Origin: Patescibacteria group bacterium
GTDB lineage: Bacteria; Patescibacteriota; Patescibacteriia; SG8-24
Length of the DNA stretch: 64,000 nt
Assembly (NCBI GenBank): GCA_041667185.1
Contig: JBAYFM010000005.1
Span: 9,285 to 73,284, forward strand
Direction of reading: 5' to 3'
How positions within the stretch are numbered: position 1 is the stretch's first letter; every line of letters starts with the position of its first letter. The translations under genes were made by a program, and so were the position numbers. A model generated the notes under the pieces. The model ran no database searches. It saw nothing but the letters and a program-made list of their open reading frames with translations, and had not been told where the DNA came from. This document shows, one piece after another, positions 49,184 to 58,473 of this stretch.

Positions 49184-49639
49184 TCAGTTCAGGAGTTTGG
49201 AAGGGATGATGCTGGGAACGACACGAACGCCTGCCGTCGTTCGGGGCGCGGTCTTTGAGTCGGCTGGACGCGCTTCAGCACGTCCGTCGTGCTGCCGCTT
49301 GGCCGCCGCGAGCGACTCTCTCCGGGCCCGCATCTGATCCGTGACCTGCTTGCAAGCCTCGGCCAATTTTTTCAACTTAGCAGTGGACTCCGCCTGCGCC
49401 AGCCGGGCCTTCTCCATGACCTCGGCGGTCTTGCGCAACTGATCAACAGTATTGTTCAGCGATTCAGCGACCTGCTCGAAAGGATTTTTCCAACCCAAGG
49501 CTTTAGCCTCCTTCTCCCAATGTTCGGACCGTTCCTGGGCGGACTTCAGCTGATCCCGAAGTTCCAGGCGGTCCTGATACGATATGAGCGCGATGAATGC
49601 GGCGGCGACGAACAGACACCAAGCAATGATCGCGAACAT
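49184..49639 (-). CDS. membrane-anchored coiled-coil hypothetical protein
   Basis: N-terminal TM (MFAIIAWCLFVAAAFIALI), then a heptad-rich helix. Confidence 0.5.
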   Translation of the reverse strand: MFAIIAWCLFVAAAFIALISYQDRLELRDQLKSAQERSEHWEKEAKALGWKNPFEQVAESLNNTVDQLRKTAEVMEKARLAQAESTAKLKKLAEACKQVTDQMRARRESLAAAKRQHDGRAEARPADSKTAPRTTAGVRVVPSIIPSKLLN

Positions 49640-49720
49640 GATCCTCTCCTTGCCTGATCAAAAGAGCGAGGGAATCCTACCCCTCGCCCCGCCGTTTGGC
49701 AACACCGAACAACAAACCGC

Positions 49721-52096
49721 TCAAGCCGCTTTCTGGCCCGTATCGCGGTAAGCCTCGTCCATCCGGCCGCGCGTCGAGATCAGCAGTTCCCGCTCCCGGT
49801 TGGCCTGCTCCAGACGCGCCGCCAAATTGATGATCTTGGCGTCTTTGGCGCTCGATTCCTGTCTGACCGACCCGAGTTCCTGCTCCAGATCGCGGATCTT
49901 GGCGTGGACCTCGATCATCCGGTCGACCAGTTCGCGCTTGTTGTCCCAGACGTTATGCGCCGTTTCCGCCTGCCGGTCGACGTAGGCGCGGATCTCAGAT
50001 TCGAGATCCTCGAAACTCCGGCCGCTCTCCACCCAGGCGTCCAACTTGTCCTTGCCGCCCTGTTCGGCGAAGATCGCTTTCTTGGAAAAATCCGTCCGGG
50101 CATCGACCTGGCTCTTGAAAAGAGCATCGGCCTGATAAGCCGGATCGCGCCGCTCGCCGATCAGCAGCTTGAACCGCGAGACCGCTTTCTCCTGTTCGAT
50201 GTCCATGTCGGCGATCTTGGTCATGAGATCGGCTTTGACGTTCCACAAGCGTTCCGGATCATCCTCGAGCTCGGCCTTATCCAACCGGCCGGCGGTCGCC
50301 AGATCCTCGAAAACCTGTTCCATGAACGCCGTGTCGCAGCTGCCGGTATTGAAGTTGAGTTTGGTCGGGGCGTACTCGGGCTGGGAACGCGGCCCGCGCG
50401 GCACCCGTCCCTTGGCATCGCGCAGCTCGGCGATCTTCTTCATGACCTTGGCGACCTCATCCATGCCCCCGTCGATCTGCAGGGTGTATTCGTCGCCGCC
50501 ATACCGGAACGCGCGCCCTTCGACGCCGGCCTCCTCGATCGCCTGCTCCATGATCTGCGCGGCCAGCCGCGTGGCGGCGTCGCCGATCTCCGTGCCGCCT
50601 TTCTGATCGAAATACTTGAGGAAGGCCATGTCCACGAAAACGACCGAGACGTCCTTGCCCTCCTTGAGCGCCTGGCCCAAATTTTCATAATGCACGCCGC
50701 GATCCTGGAGCCCGGTGCTCGCGTCGCTCTTGGTCCGTTCGACTTCGTATTCCAACCGGAGCAATTCCGCTTCTTTGCCTTCGCCGGCGGCGTCAGCCGA
50801 CTCCTTGAGTTCGGCCAACCGGCGCAGACCTTTCAGGTCGCCGCCCTCCGGGATCTTCGCGATGCGCTGCTTCTCGCCGGTCTCGTCTTCGCCGGCCTCC
50901 TCGAATTTCGGCCGGCCATCGGCGCGGGCCTTCAACCGGCGCTGGATGATCTCCTGCTCGACTTTGTTCACCCGCCGCGCTTCGAAGATCCGGATGTTGG
51001 CGGCTTCTTCGGCCAGATCCCTAGTCCGCTCCGGGGATAATTTCAGAATGCTCTCGACCGTCACAGCGCCGGCGGGATCCTCCTTCAGGCCCTCGACGTT
51101 GCTGAGGCCTTTTTTCAGATAATTCTCGAAGATCTTGGCGGCGTGCTCGACGCCCTGTTCCGCCGCGGCCGTCTGGAGACGCTGAATGCGGCCGGCAAAC
51201 TTGGCCTTTTCCAGGGAATGGTTCGCCATGTTCTTCACGAGATCCACCAGCTCGCGCGCCGCGTCCTCGCCGGCATCGAGGCGTTCGGATCCGGCGGCCA
51301 GCTGCGATTCGTTGAGCAGCCCGACCGCGTCCTTGAAATTCAGCCCGACCGCGGCGACCGGAGCCGCTTCGGCGACGCCCTCCACCCGCGGCTTGGCGGC
51401 GTTGACCTCGGCCATGATCTCCTGGAAATCCTGCTCGTCGATGTCGCTGAAATCGACCATGAACTCGTTGGCGTCGTAGCGCAGGAGCGTGTAATCGGCC
51501 TGGTGATCCGGCTTGTCGCGCAAACGGTCCCGCACGATCCTCTCGATCGTCCGCGCGGTCTCGGTGAGCGCCGCGTCGCCGGCCGCGTGGCCGCCGCCTT
51601 CCTTATTGAACCGGTCGAGCTCGCCCATGTTGACGACCAGCAACCGGCGCCGCTCCTGGCTCGCGTCCAGCGCGAACTCGCCGTTCTCGCGCTGTTCGAT
51701 CGCGGCCCGTTCCTGGCCTTCCGCGCGCTTGAACAGATCCTGCGTCTCGCGGCCGAATCGCTTGAACTTGAAAGCGCCCGAAGCGTCGCGCTCGGCGTTG
51801 AACAGTTCCAGTTTTTTCTCGCTGATCGAGGCGGCAAGCGCGGCGTCCGCGAGCTCCAGGCGCTTTTCTTCGAGCGCTTCCGCGAGCCCGGCTTCGGCGC
51901 CGTGGCCGACCTGCGACTGATCGATCCGGGACAACTCGTCGGTCAGGGACCGCTTCTTGTCCTGCGAGCCGGCCAGGCCGGCTTCCAGCTTCAACTTCTC
52001 CTGGTAGCCGGTCAGGCCGCCGAACTTGGCAATCTCCGACTCCTCTTCGGCCGAAAGGGCCTCGCGCTTATTTTCCAGCTTGGGATCTGGCGACAT
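49721..52096 (-). CDS. large coiled-coil protein with two GGDEF-like (nucleotidyl cyclase palm) domains, the first degenerate
   Basis: Domain 1 is VVNMGELDRFNKEGGGHAAGDAAL...RYDANEF (GGDEF changed to DANEF). Domain 2 is VFVDMAFLKYFDQKGGTEIGDAATRL...RYGGDEY. Confidence 0.65.
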   Translation of the reverse strand: MSPDPKLENKREALSAEEESEIAKFGGLTGYQEKLKLEAGLAGSQDKKRSLTDELSRIDQSQVGHGAEAGLAEALEEKRLELADAALAASISEKKLELFNAERDASGAFKFKRFGRETQDLFKRAEGQERAAIEQRENGEFALDASQERRRLLVVNMGELDRFNKEGGGHAAGDAALTETARTIERIVRDRLRDKPDHQADYTLLRYDANEFMVDFSDIDEQDFQEIMAEVNAAKPRVEGVAEAAPVAAVGLNFKDAVGLLNESQLAAGSERLDAGEDAARELVDLVKNMANHSLEKAKFAGRIQRLQTAAAEQGVEHAAKIFENYLKKGLSNVEGLKEDPAGAVTVESILKLSPERTRDLAEEAANIRIFEARRVNKVEQEIIQRRLKARADGRPKFEEAGEDETGEKQRIAKIPEGGDLKGLRRLAELKESADAAGEGKEAELLRLEYEVERTKSDASTGLQDRGVHYENLGQALKEGKDVSVVFVDMAFLKYFDQKGGTEIGDAATRLAAQIMEQAIEEAGVEGRAFRYGGDEYTLQIDGGMDEVAKVMKKIAELRDAKGRVPRGPRSQPEYAPTKLNFNTGSCDTAFMEQVFEDLATAGRLDKAELEDDPERLWNVKADLMTKIADMDIEQEKAVSRFKLLIGERRDPAYQADALFKSQVDARTDFSKKAIFAEQGGKDKLDAWVESGRSFEDLESEIRAYVDRQAETAHNVWDNKRELVDRMIEVHAKIRDLEQELGSVRQESSAKDAKIINLAARLEQANRERELLISTRGRMDEAYRDTGQKAA

Positions 52097-52197
52097 ATGC
52101 CTTAATTATCGGTTAAAAACGGCTTCGTGTCAAAGCGGTGCGGCGCTGAAAAATCCCCCGGCTGGCGCCCGATGGGCAGATAAAAAAAGCGACCATC

Positions 52198-52488
52198 TCA
52201 GAGAGGGTCGCTCAGCATCTGCTTGAGTCTGGCGAGAACCATTTTGCGCCGGCCGCCTAGTATCGGCCGAAGCCTTTCGACCAGCTGGCTGACCTCGTCA
52301 TCGGAAAGATGATCGATGTCGGCGTGGCTGAGCGGTTCTTGGCGCGGCAGGATCTCGCGCACGAGTCGAAGCGAATCGTCGAAATTGCTCGAGTGATCCG
52401 GATGATAGAGCATCCGGAGGAGTTCCTGACGCGCTGTCAGCTCCGGAACCTGATCGGTCGTTGATCGCGGATGTCGAGAAGCGCACAT
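52198..52488 (-). CDS. small hypothetical protein
   Basis: 96 aa. No motif. Could start at an internal Met. Confidence 0.35.
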   Translation of the reverse strand: MCASRHPRSTTDQVPELTARQELLRMLYHPDHSSNFDDSLRLVREILPRQEPLSHADIDHLSDDEVSQLVERLRPILGGRRKMVLARLKQMLSDPL

Positions 52489-52597
52489 GGTCTGCCGCCT
52501 TTCTGGGCTTCGTGGCCTGAGATTGCGTAAGGTCCGACTCCGGCGAGGATCGCCAGAGAACCAAAAAAGCTAGCAAAAAATTTCAGTGTTGTCAAGG

Positions 52598-52836
52598 GGG
52601 GTGAGGATGCAGAAGTGCTGGAGTGCGGGAGTTCGGAAGTGCGGGAGTACAGGAGTTTTTGTCGGGTCTCCCCGACTCCAGAACTTCAGTACTCCAGGAC
52701 AGGTGCCTGACACCGAAGGACTCAGGAGTGCGGGAGTTCGGAAGTGCTGAAGTGCTGGAGTTCGTGTCTGGTCTAACTGACTCCAGCTCTCCAGCACTCC
52801 AGAACTTCAGAACTTCAGATTCCCGTTCATAAAGAA
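52598..52836. repeat. dispersed composite inverted-repeat element, copy F
   Basis: GGAGTGCGGGAGTTCGGAAGTGCGGGAG...GGAGTTTTTGTCGGGTCTCCCCGACTCC core ... CCCGTTCATAAAGAAAAGCGCC terminus. Confidence 0.65.
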
Positions 52837-52886
52837 AAGCGCCGGGCCGCGAGTGTGCGGTCCGACGCTGAAGTGTAACGAGAACG

Positions 52887-53633
52887 TCAGATTTCCGAAC
52901 TGGTTTGATCTTGCTTGTCTTTGGCTATGAGCCAGCGGCCAAGATGCCGCCAGATGTCGAGGCGTGTCAACAACATGACCAATCCGTAGACCAGACCGAA
53001 GCCCAAACCAAGGACCAGGACGTAGACCAGACTGTAAACCAGACCATAGACTAGACCTAAGCCCAAACCGAGGACTAGGCCGGGGACCAGACCGAAGCCC
53101 AAACCAAGGACTAGGCCGGGGACCAGGACGTAGACCAGGCCATAGACCAGACCATAGACCAGACTGTAGACCAAGCCGTAGACCAGACCGAGGACCAATC
53201 CGTAGACCAGACCGAAGCCCAAACCAAGGACTAGGCCGGGGACCAGGACGTAGACCAGGCCGTAGACCAGGCCAGGGACCAGACCGATGATCAGACCAAC
53301 GATCAAGGCACTTTGAAGATCATCCTCAATGCTTGATCGAATGGTTACAACCAGCACGATGAGAGCGGCCAAGATAGCTGCCGCTGGCACGTCCCACCAG
53401 CGGGAGACAGCGAAAGGCAACTCTAGCGTCCAGTTTTCTGCTATTGGAATGATGGCTGTCGAGGGCACCGAACCGGTGCACAGGTACCAGACCGTCCAGA
53501 AAGCGGCAGTCAGACTCGCGGCCCGAAGGGCCCATTTGAAGAAAATCCGAGCCAGTTTTCTCTTTGGAATCATTTGACGCTCCTTTGTCGTTTGTGAAGG
53601 TTCAAGATCCGCACGCAAGATGCGGGCCACCAT
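52887..53633 (-). CDS. membrane protein made of ~25 tandem GLVY/GLVP/GLGF tetrapeptide repeats
   Basis: Two N-terminal TM helices, then (GLV[YP]GLVxGLG[FL])n for ~110 aa, then a short charged tail. The internal MIPKRK is an alternative start. Confidence 0.6.
   Translation of the reverse strand: MVARILRADLEPSQTTKERQMIPKRKLARIFFKWALRAASLTAAFWTVWYLCTGSVPSTAIIPIAENWTLELPFAVSRWWDVPAAAILAALIVLVVTIRSSIEDDLQSALIVGLIIGLVPGLVYGLVYVLVPGLVLGLGFGLVYGLVLGLVYGLVYSLVYGLVYGLVYVLVPGLVLGLGFGLVPGLVLGLGLGLVYGLVYSLVYVLVLGLGFGLVYGLVMLLTRLDIWRHLGRWLIAKDKQDQTSSEI
52975..53290. repeat. tandem 12-nt coding repeat (GTAGACCAGACC variants) with ~120-nt higher-order units
   Basis: Direct inspection. The unit GACCGAAGCCCAAACCAAGGACTAGGCCGGGGACCAG recurs three times. 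Confidence 0.6.
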
Positions 53634-53667
53634 TTATTATCATTACAATGCTGTTTGGTCAATTATC

Positions 53668-53805
53668 GGAGTACGGGAGTGCTGAAGTACTGGAGGACTG
53701 AAGTGCTGAAGTGCTGGAGTGCTGGAGTCGGGGAGACCAGACAAAAACTCCTGTACTCCCTCACTCCAGTACTCCCCCACTCCCGCACTCTCCCGTTCAT
53801 AAAAA
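53668..53805. repeat. dispersed composite inverted-repeat element, copy G (inverted relative to F)
   Basis: GGAGTCGGGGAGACCAGACAAAAACTCC is the reverse complement of the F core. The terminus CCCGTTCATAAAAAAGCGCC overlaps the murG stop codon. Confidence 0.65.
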
Positions 53806-54891
53806 AGCGCCAGACCGCCGACGCAGAAGTTTCAGGATGAGATCGGCCAGCTTGGCGGCCGCGGCGGGATCATTCAGCCGAGCCAGGCTCTGGCCGATGG
53901 AGGCCAGCCGCTCCCGGCTGCGCAAAAGCATCAGGATCTGGGCGGCGAAACCATCCGGACCGACCTGGCGTTCATCAACGACCGGCACACCGGCCTCGCG
54001 CCCGTAAAAAGCCGCGTTGTCTTCCTGATGCGAAGCCGGCATCGGCACGATGATCGTCGGTTTGCCGAGCGCGGCCAGCTCCGTGAGCGCGCCCATGCCG
54101 GCGCGCGTGACCACGAGATCAGCGACCGCGTAAGCATGCCGGATCTCGCCCGTGAGGAACTCGATCTCATGGTAGCGGTCCGCAGCCACTTCGCCGGTCG
54201 CTTTGCCCTTGCCGGTCAGATGAATGATCTGGCAGGCCGGCGTCAGGGCCGGAACGGCCGCGCGGACCAGGCTGTTGAGTCCGGTCGCTCCGGTGCCGCC
54301 GCCGAGGATCAGCACCGTCGGCACGCCGGCAACGAGGCCGAACAAGCGCCGCGCTTCCTCAGCCGACCCGGTGAACAGCTCCGGCCGCACGGGATTGCCG
54401 GTCCAGACCGGATGCTGGCGCGGAAAATCAGCCAGGGACTTCTGCAGAGCCACGGAGACCGAAGCGGCGAACGGCGCGGACAAGCGGTTGGCGAGGCCGG
54501 GGCCGATATCCATCTGATGGATGTGAACCGGGATCCGGCGCAACGCCGCGGCCCAGACGACCGGCACGGCGACGAAGCCGCCGGCGCTCACGACGACGCC
54601 AGCCCGCAACCGGCCCAGCAGGATCCAGGCTTCGCCGAAGCCGCGCAGGATGCGGAACAGATCAAGGAAATTCTCCCCGGACAGGTAGCGGCGGAATTTT
54701 CCGGAACTCACGGCCTGAAATTCCATGCCGGCTTCGCGGACCAGCCGGGACTCAGGACCCGACCCGGTCCCGATCCAGACGAGATCGGTCCGGGGATCGG
54801 CGCGGCGGATGACCGCGGCGACCGCCAGGAGCGGCGTCACCGAACCCAGGGTCCCGCCGCCGGTGAAAATTATCTTCTTGCGATCATTCAT
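53797..54891 (-). CDS. murG: undecaprenyldiphospho-muramoylpentapeptide beta-N-acetylglucosaminyltransferase
   Basis: KIIFTGGGTLGSVTP N-terminus. GT28 architecture. dcw context. Confidence 0.85.
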   Translation of the reverse strand: MNDRKKIIFTGGGTLGSVTPLLAVAAVIRRADPRTDLVWIGTGSGPESRLVREAGMEFQAVSSGKFRRYLSGENFLDLFRILRGFGEAWILLGRLRAGVVVSAGGFVAVPVVWAAALRRIPVHIHQMDIGPGLANRLSAPFAASVSVALQKSLADFPRQHPVWTGNPVRPELFTGSAEEARRLFGLVAGVPTVLILGGGTGATGLNSLVRAAVPALTPACQIIHLTGKGKATGEVAADRYHEIEFLTGEIRHAYAVADLVVTRAGMGALTELAALGKPTIIVPMPASHQEDNAAFYGREAGVPVVDERQVGPDGFAAQILMLLRSRERLASIGQSLARLNDPAAAAKLADLILKLLRRRSGAFL

Positions 54892-54900
54892 AAGAAGAGC

Positions 54901-56019
54901 TCAGAACCAGCGACGCGCGTGGTCGCCGCCGTGAGCGGCGATATTGGCCAAGAGACCGACGGCGCCCAGCAGGATCATGAGCGCAGTGCCGCCATAGCTC
55001 ACGAACGGCAACGGCAGGCCGGTCACCGGGAACAAGCCGAGCATCGAACCGATGTTGAACAGGCTCTGGAAAAAGATCCAGGCCACGATGCCGACCGCGA
55101 GCAGCCGTCCGAAATCATCGGGCGCTCTCCGAGCTGCGCGCAGACCGCGCCAGATGAAAGACATGAGCAAGATCAGGAATCCGATGACCAGAACGAACCC
55201 CAATTCCTCGGCCATGACGGCGAAGATCGAGTCGCCGATGACCTCCGGCAGATAGAGATATTTTTGCCGCGAATGCCCCAAGCCCAGGCCCAACAGGCCG
55301 CCGGAACCGATCGCCAGATAAGCCTGATTGATGTGATAACCGATGCCCAGCGGATCGAGCTCCGGATGCAGGAAAGTGGTCAGGCGCTGAGCCCGATATG
55401 GCACCGCTTTCACCAGCGCGAAAAAAGCGACAGCCGCGGCGGCGAGCAAGCCGAAAAGATGCGACCAGGAGGCGCCGGCGGCGAAGAACAGCGCGGCGGC
55501 GGCGACCACGATGATGATCAGGCTGCCGAGATCCGGCTGCAGGAGCACAGGCGCGGCCACGAGTCCGAGGGTGATGAGGAACGGCAGCGTCCCCTGCTGC
55601 CAGTCGCGGGCGCCGGCCTCGCCGACCCGTTCGAACCAGGCGGCCAAAAAGACCAGCAGAGCGAGTTTAGCCGCTTCCGCCGGCTGGAAGGACAGCCCGG
55701 CGACATTGATCCAGCTGCGCGCCGAACTCCAGTCGGCTGACAGGCCGGGGAGGAACACCAGGAGCAGCAGGATCAGGCCGAGGATGAAGAACTGCAGGGA
55801 GAAACGGCGCCAGAACCGATAATCCACGTTCGAGGTCACTAAAAAAAGCGCGAGCCCAGGCAGCAGTCCGTAAAGCACCTGGTGCCGGAGATACCAGTAG
55901 CCGTCCTGAAATTTCTGATAAGCGATGGGGCCGGAAGCGGAGGTGAGGACCACGAGCCCGAAGAGCACCAAACCGGCCGCCAGCGCCAAGAATACGAGAT
56001 CGGGCTTGTTCTTGGTCAT
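54901..56019 (-). CDS. ftsW: SEDS-family peptidoglycan glycosyltransferase FtsW/RodA
   Basis: Ten TM segments. Conserved SEDS blocks. Between lon and murG. Confidence 0.85.
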   Translation of the reverse strand: MTKNKPDLVFLALAAGLVLFGLVVLTSASGPIAYQKFQDGYWYLRHQVLYGLLPGLALFLVTSNVDYRFWRRFSLQFFILGLILLLLVFLPGLSADWSSARSWINVAGLSFQPAEAAKLALLVFLAAWFERVGEAGARDWQQGTLPFLITLGLVAAPVLLQPDLGSLIIIVVAAAALFFAAGASWSHLFGLLAAAAVAFFALVKAVPYRAQRLTTFLHPELDPLGIGYHINQAYLAIGSGGLLGLGLGHSRQKYLYLPEVIGDSIFAVMAEELGFVLVIGFLILLMSFIWRGLRAARRAPDDFGRLLAVGIVAWIFFQSLFNIGSMLGLFPVTGLPLPFVSYGGTALMILLGAVGLLANIAAHGGDHARRWF

Positions 56020-56022
56020 AGC

Positions 56023-58467
56023 TTACTGCCGTCGGCTGTTCCGGCGCGAGCGGCGCACCTCGGCCTGGCTGGGACGCCGCGCGGGCGCGACCGCTGGCCG
56101 CTCCAGCGCCGCTTTGAGCACTTCTGACATGTCCGCCGCGAAAACGAAACGGATCTCTTTCCGGACCGCCGCCGGCACATCAACCAGATCTTTCTTGTTG
56201 GCCGCCGGCAGGATCACGGTGCGGATGCCGTAACGATGCGCCGCCAGGACCTTTTCCTTGACGCCGCCGATCTCGAGGACGCGTCCGTGAAGCGTGACTT
56301 CGCCGGTCATCGCGAGACCGGAGCGCACCGGCGCGCCGGTCAGCATCGAGACCAGCGCTGTCGCCATGGCCGCGCCGGCCGAGGGACCATCCTTGGGTAC
56401 GGCGCCGGCGGGCACGTGAATGTGGACATCGGCTTCCTTATCGAACCCGGCCTTGGCTCCCAGGCTAGTGGCCGCCGAGCGCGCGAATGAGAAAGCCGTT
56501 TGGGCGGATTCCTGCATGACCTGTCCCAGATGTCCGGTGAGCGTCAGTTTGCCCTGGCCAGGCACGCGCACAGCCTCGATCTGCAGGACGTCGCCGCCGG
56601 CTTCGGTCCAGGCGAGCCCGGTCACGATCCCCGGACGGCCGGCGGTGCCGTCGGTGGCCGTCGGCGAGAATTTTTCCGGACCGAGCAATTTCGCCAGTTC
56701 AGCGGCTTCGATGATCCGGCCTTTTTTATTGGCCGCCGCGCGACCGCGCTCGGCCAGGCCGCGCGCGATCTTCCGGCAGACCGCGGCGATGGCGCGTTCG
56801 AGCGCGCGCACGCCGGCCTCGCGCGTGTAGCCGCTGATCATCCGGCGCAGCGCTGCGTCGGCGAACCGGCAATCCCTGGCCGCGAGGCCGTTATCCTTGA
56901 GCGTCTTGGGCACGAGATGATCCTTGGCGATCCGCAATTTCTCTTCTTCGGTGTAACCGGGGAACTCGATCACCTCCAGCCGGTCGCGCAGCGCCGGCGG
57001 CACGGTGTCGAGGATGTTGGCCGTGGTGATGAAGAAAGTTTCGGAGAGATCGAACGGGACCTCGAGATAGTGATCGGAAAAAGCGTTGTTCTGTTCGGGA
57101 TCGAGCGCTTCGAGCAGAGCCGCCGAAGGATCGCCGCGGAAATCCGCGCCGATCTTGTCGATCTCGTCGAGCATGAACACCGGATTCCTGGTCTTGGCCG
57201 TGTTGATGCCCTGGATGATGCGGCCGGGCAGCGCGCCGACGTAGGTGCGGCGATGGCCGCGGATCTCCGCTTCGTCGCGGACGCCGCCGAGGCTCAGGCG
57301 CTGGAACTTGCGGCCGAGCGCGCGGGCGATCGACTTGCCGACCGAGGTCTTGCCGGTGCCGGGCGGCCCGGCGAAACACAGGATCGGCCCACGGATCTTG
57401 CCGACCAGTTTCTGCACGGCCAGATATTCGAGGATGCGCTCCTTGACCTTGGCGAGGCCGTAATGATCCTCGTCGAGGATGCGCGCGGCCGCGGCGATGT
57501 CGACCTCGGCCTCGTCGCGCCGGTGCCAGGGCAGGTCGCAGAGCCACTCCAGATAGGTGCGCAGATACGACAACTCTGGACTGAACGACGGCAGCGCGCG
57601 CAAGCGTTCATATTCTTTCAACGCCTTTTCGAGCACCACCGGCGGCAGCCCGGCTTTCTCGATCCGCTCTTTCAGATCCTCGGATTCCGGCCGGTGTCCC
57701 AGATCCTCGAGTTCGTGCTCAATGGTCTTCAGCTGCTCGCGCAAAAAAACCTCGCGCTGCATCTTGTCGAGTTCCTGGCCGGCGTCGGTCTGGATCTTGG
57801 ACGCGATCTGCAGCATCTTGAGCTGCCGCGTGAGCGCGCGAGCCGTCAGATTGAGCTTATTTTCGATGCTGTCAGCTTCGAGCACGGCCTGTTTTTCTCC
57901 GACGCGAAGATCCAGATTGGCGGCGATGAGATCGCCGAGCATCCAGGGATCGGAGACGTTCATGATCACGAGCAGCGTGTCGAAAGGCACGTTCGCGCCC
58001 AGACTCACGGCCTGGCGCACCTGGGAAAGCAGGCTGTACATCAGAGCCTCGACCTGTTCGGTCTTCTTGCCCGACGGCCCCGGCAGCAGGCTGACCTCAG
58101 CCTCGAGATACGCCGCGTTGTCGGTGAACGGACCGATCCTGACGCGCGCGATGCCGTCGACCATGAGCCGCTGGCTGCCGTCGGGCTGCGCCGCCGCCTC
58201 GCGCACTTTCACGAGCGTGCCGACGGCGTAGATATCCTTCGGACCGGCGTCCTCAGCCTCGGAGTCCTTCTGCGCCGCGACCACGAGCAAGCGGCCGCGG
58301 CGAGTCGCCTCGGCCAAGGCCTTGAGCGAACGCGCGCGGCGGACGATGATCGGCAAAGAGACCCGCGGAAAAACGACCGTATCCCTGAGCGCGATGATCG
58401 GCAGCCGCCGGCGCTCCTGGCCCGCGAGCATTTCCTGTTCGCCGCGCTCTTCCGGTTTCAGCGCCAT
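56023..58467 (-). CDS. lon: ATP-dependent Lon protease
   Basis: LON N-domain. GPPGTGKTS Walker A. PKDGPSAGAAMATALVS catalytic Ser-Lys region. Confidence 0.9.
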   Translation of the reverse strand: MALKPEERGEQEMLAGQERRRLPIIALRDTVVFPRVSLPIIVRRARSLKALAEATRRGRLLVVAAQKDSEAEDAGPKDIYAVGTLVKVREAAAQPDGSQRLMVDGIARVRIGPFTDNAAYLEAEVSLLPGPSGKKTEQVEALMYSLLSQVRQAVSLGANVPFDTLLVIMNVSDPWMLGDLIAANLDLRVGEKQAVLEADSIENKLNLTARALTRQLKMLQIASKIQTDAGQELDKMQREVFLREQLKTIEHELEDLGHRPESEDLKERIEKAGLPPVVLEKALKEYERLRALPSFSPELSYLRTYLEWLCDLPWHRRDEAEVDIAAAARILDEDHYGLAKVKERILEYLAVQKLVGKIRGPILCFAGPPGTGKTSVGKSIARALGRKFQRLSLGGVRDEAEIRGHRRTYVGALPGRIIQGINTAKTRNPVFMLDEIDKIGADFRGDPSAALLEALDPEQNNAFSDHYLEVPFDLSETFFITTANILDTVPPALRDRLEVIEFPGYTEEEKLRIAKDHLVPKTLKDNGLAARDCRFADAALRRMISGYTREAGVRALERAIAAVCRKIARGLAERGRAAANKKGRIIEAAELAKLLGPEKFSPTATDGTAGRPGIVTGLAWTEAGGDVLQIEAVRVPGQGKLTLTGHLGQVMQESAQTAFSFARSAATSLGAKAGFDKEADVHIHVPAGAVPKDGPSAGAAMATALVSMLTGAPVRSGLAMTGEVTLHGRVLEIGGVKEKVLAAHRYGIRTVILPAANKKDLVDVPAAVRKEIRFVFAADMSEVLKAALERPAVAPARRPSQAEVRRSRRNSRRQ

Positions 58468-58473
58468 AGCAGG

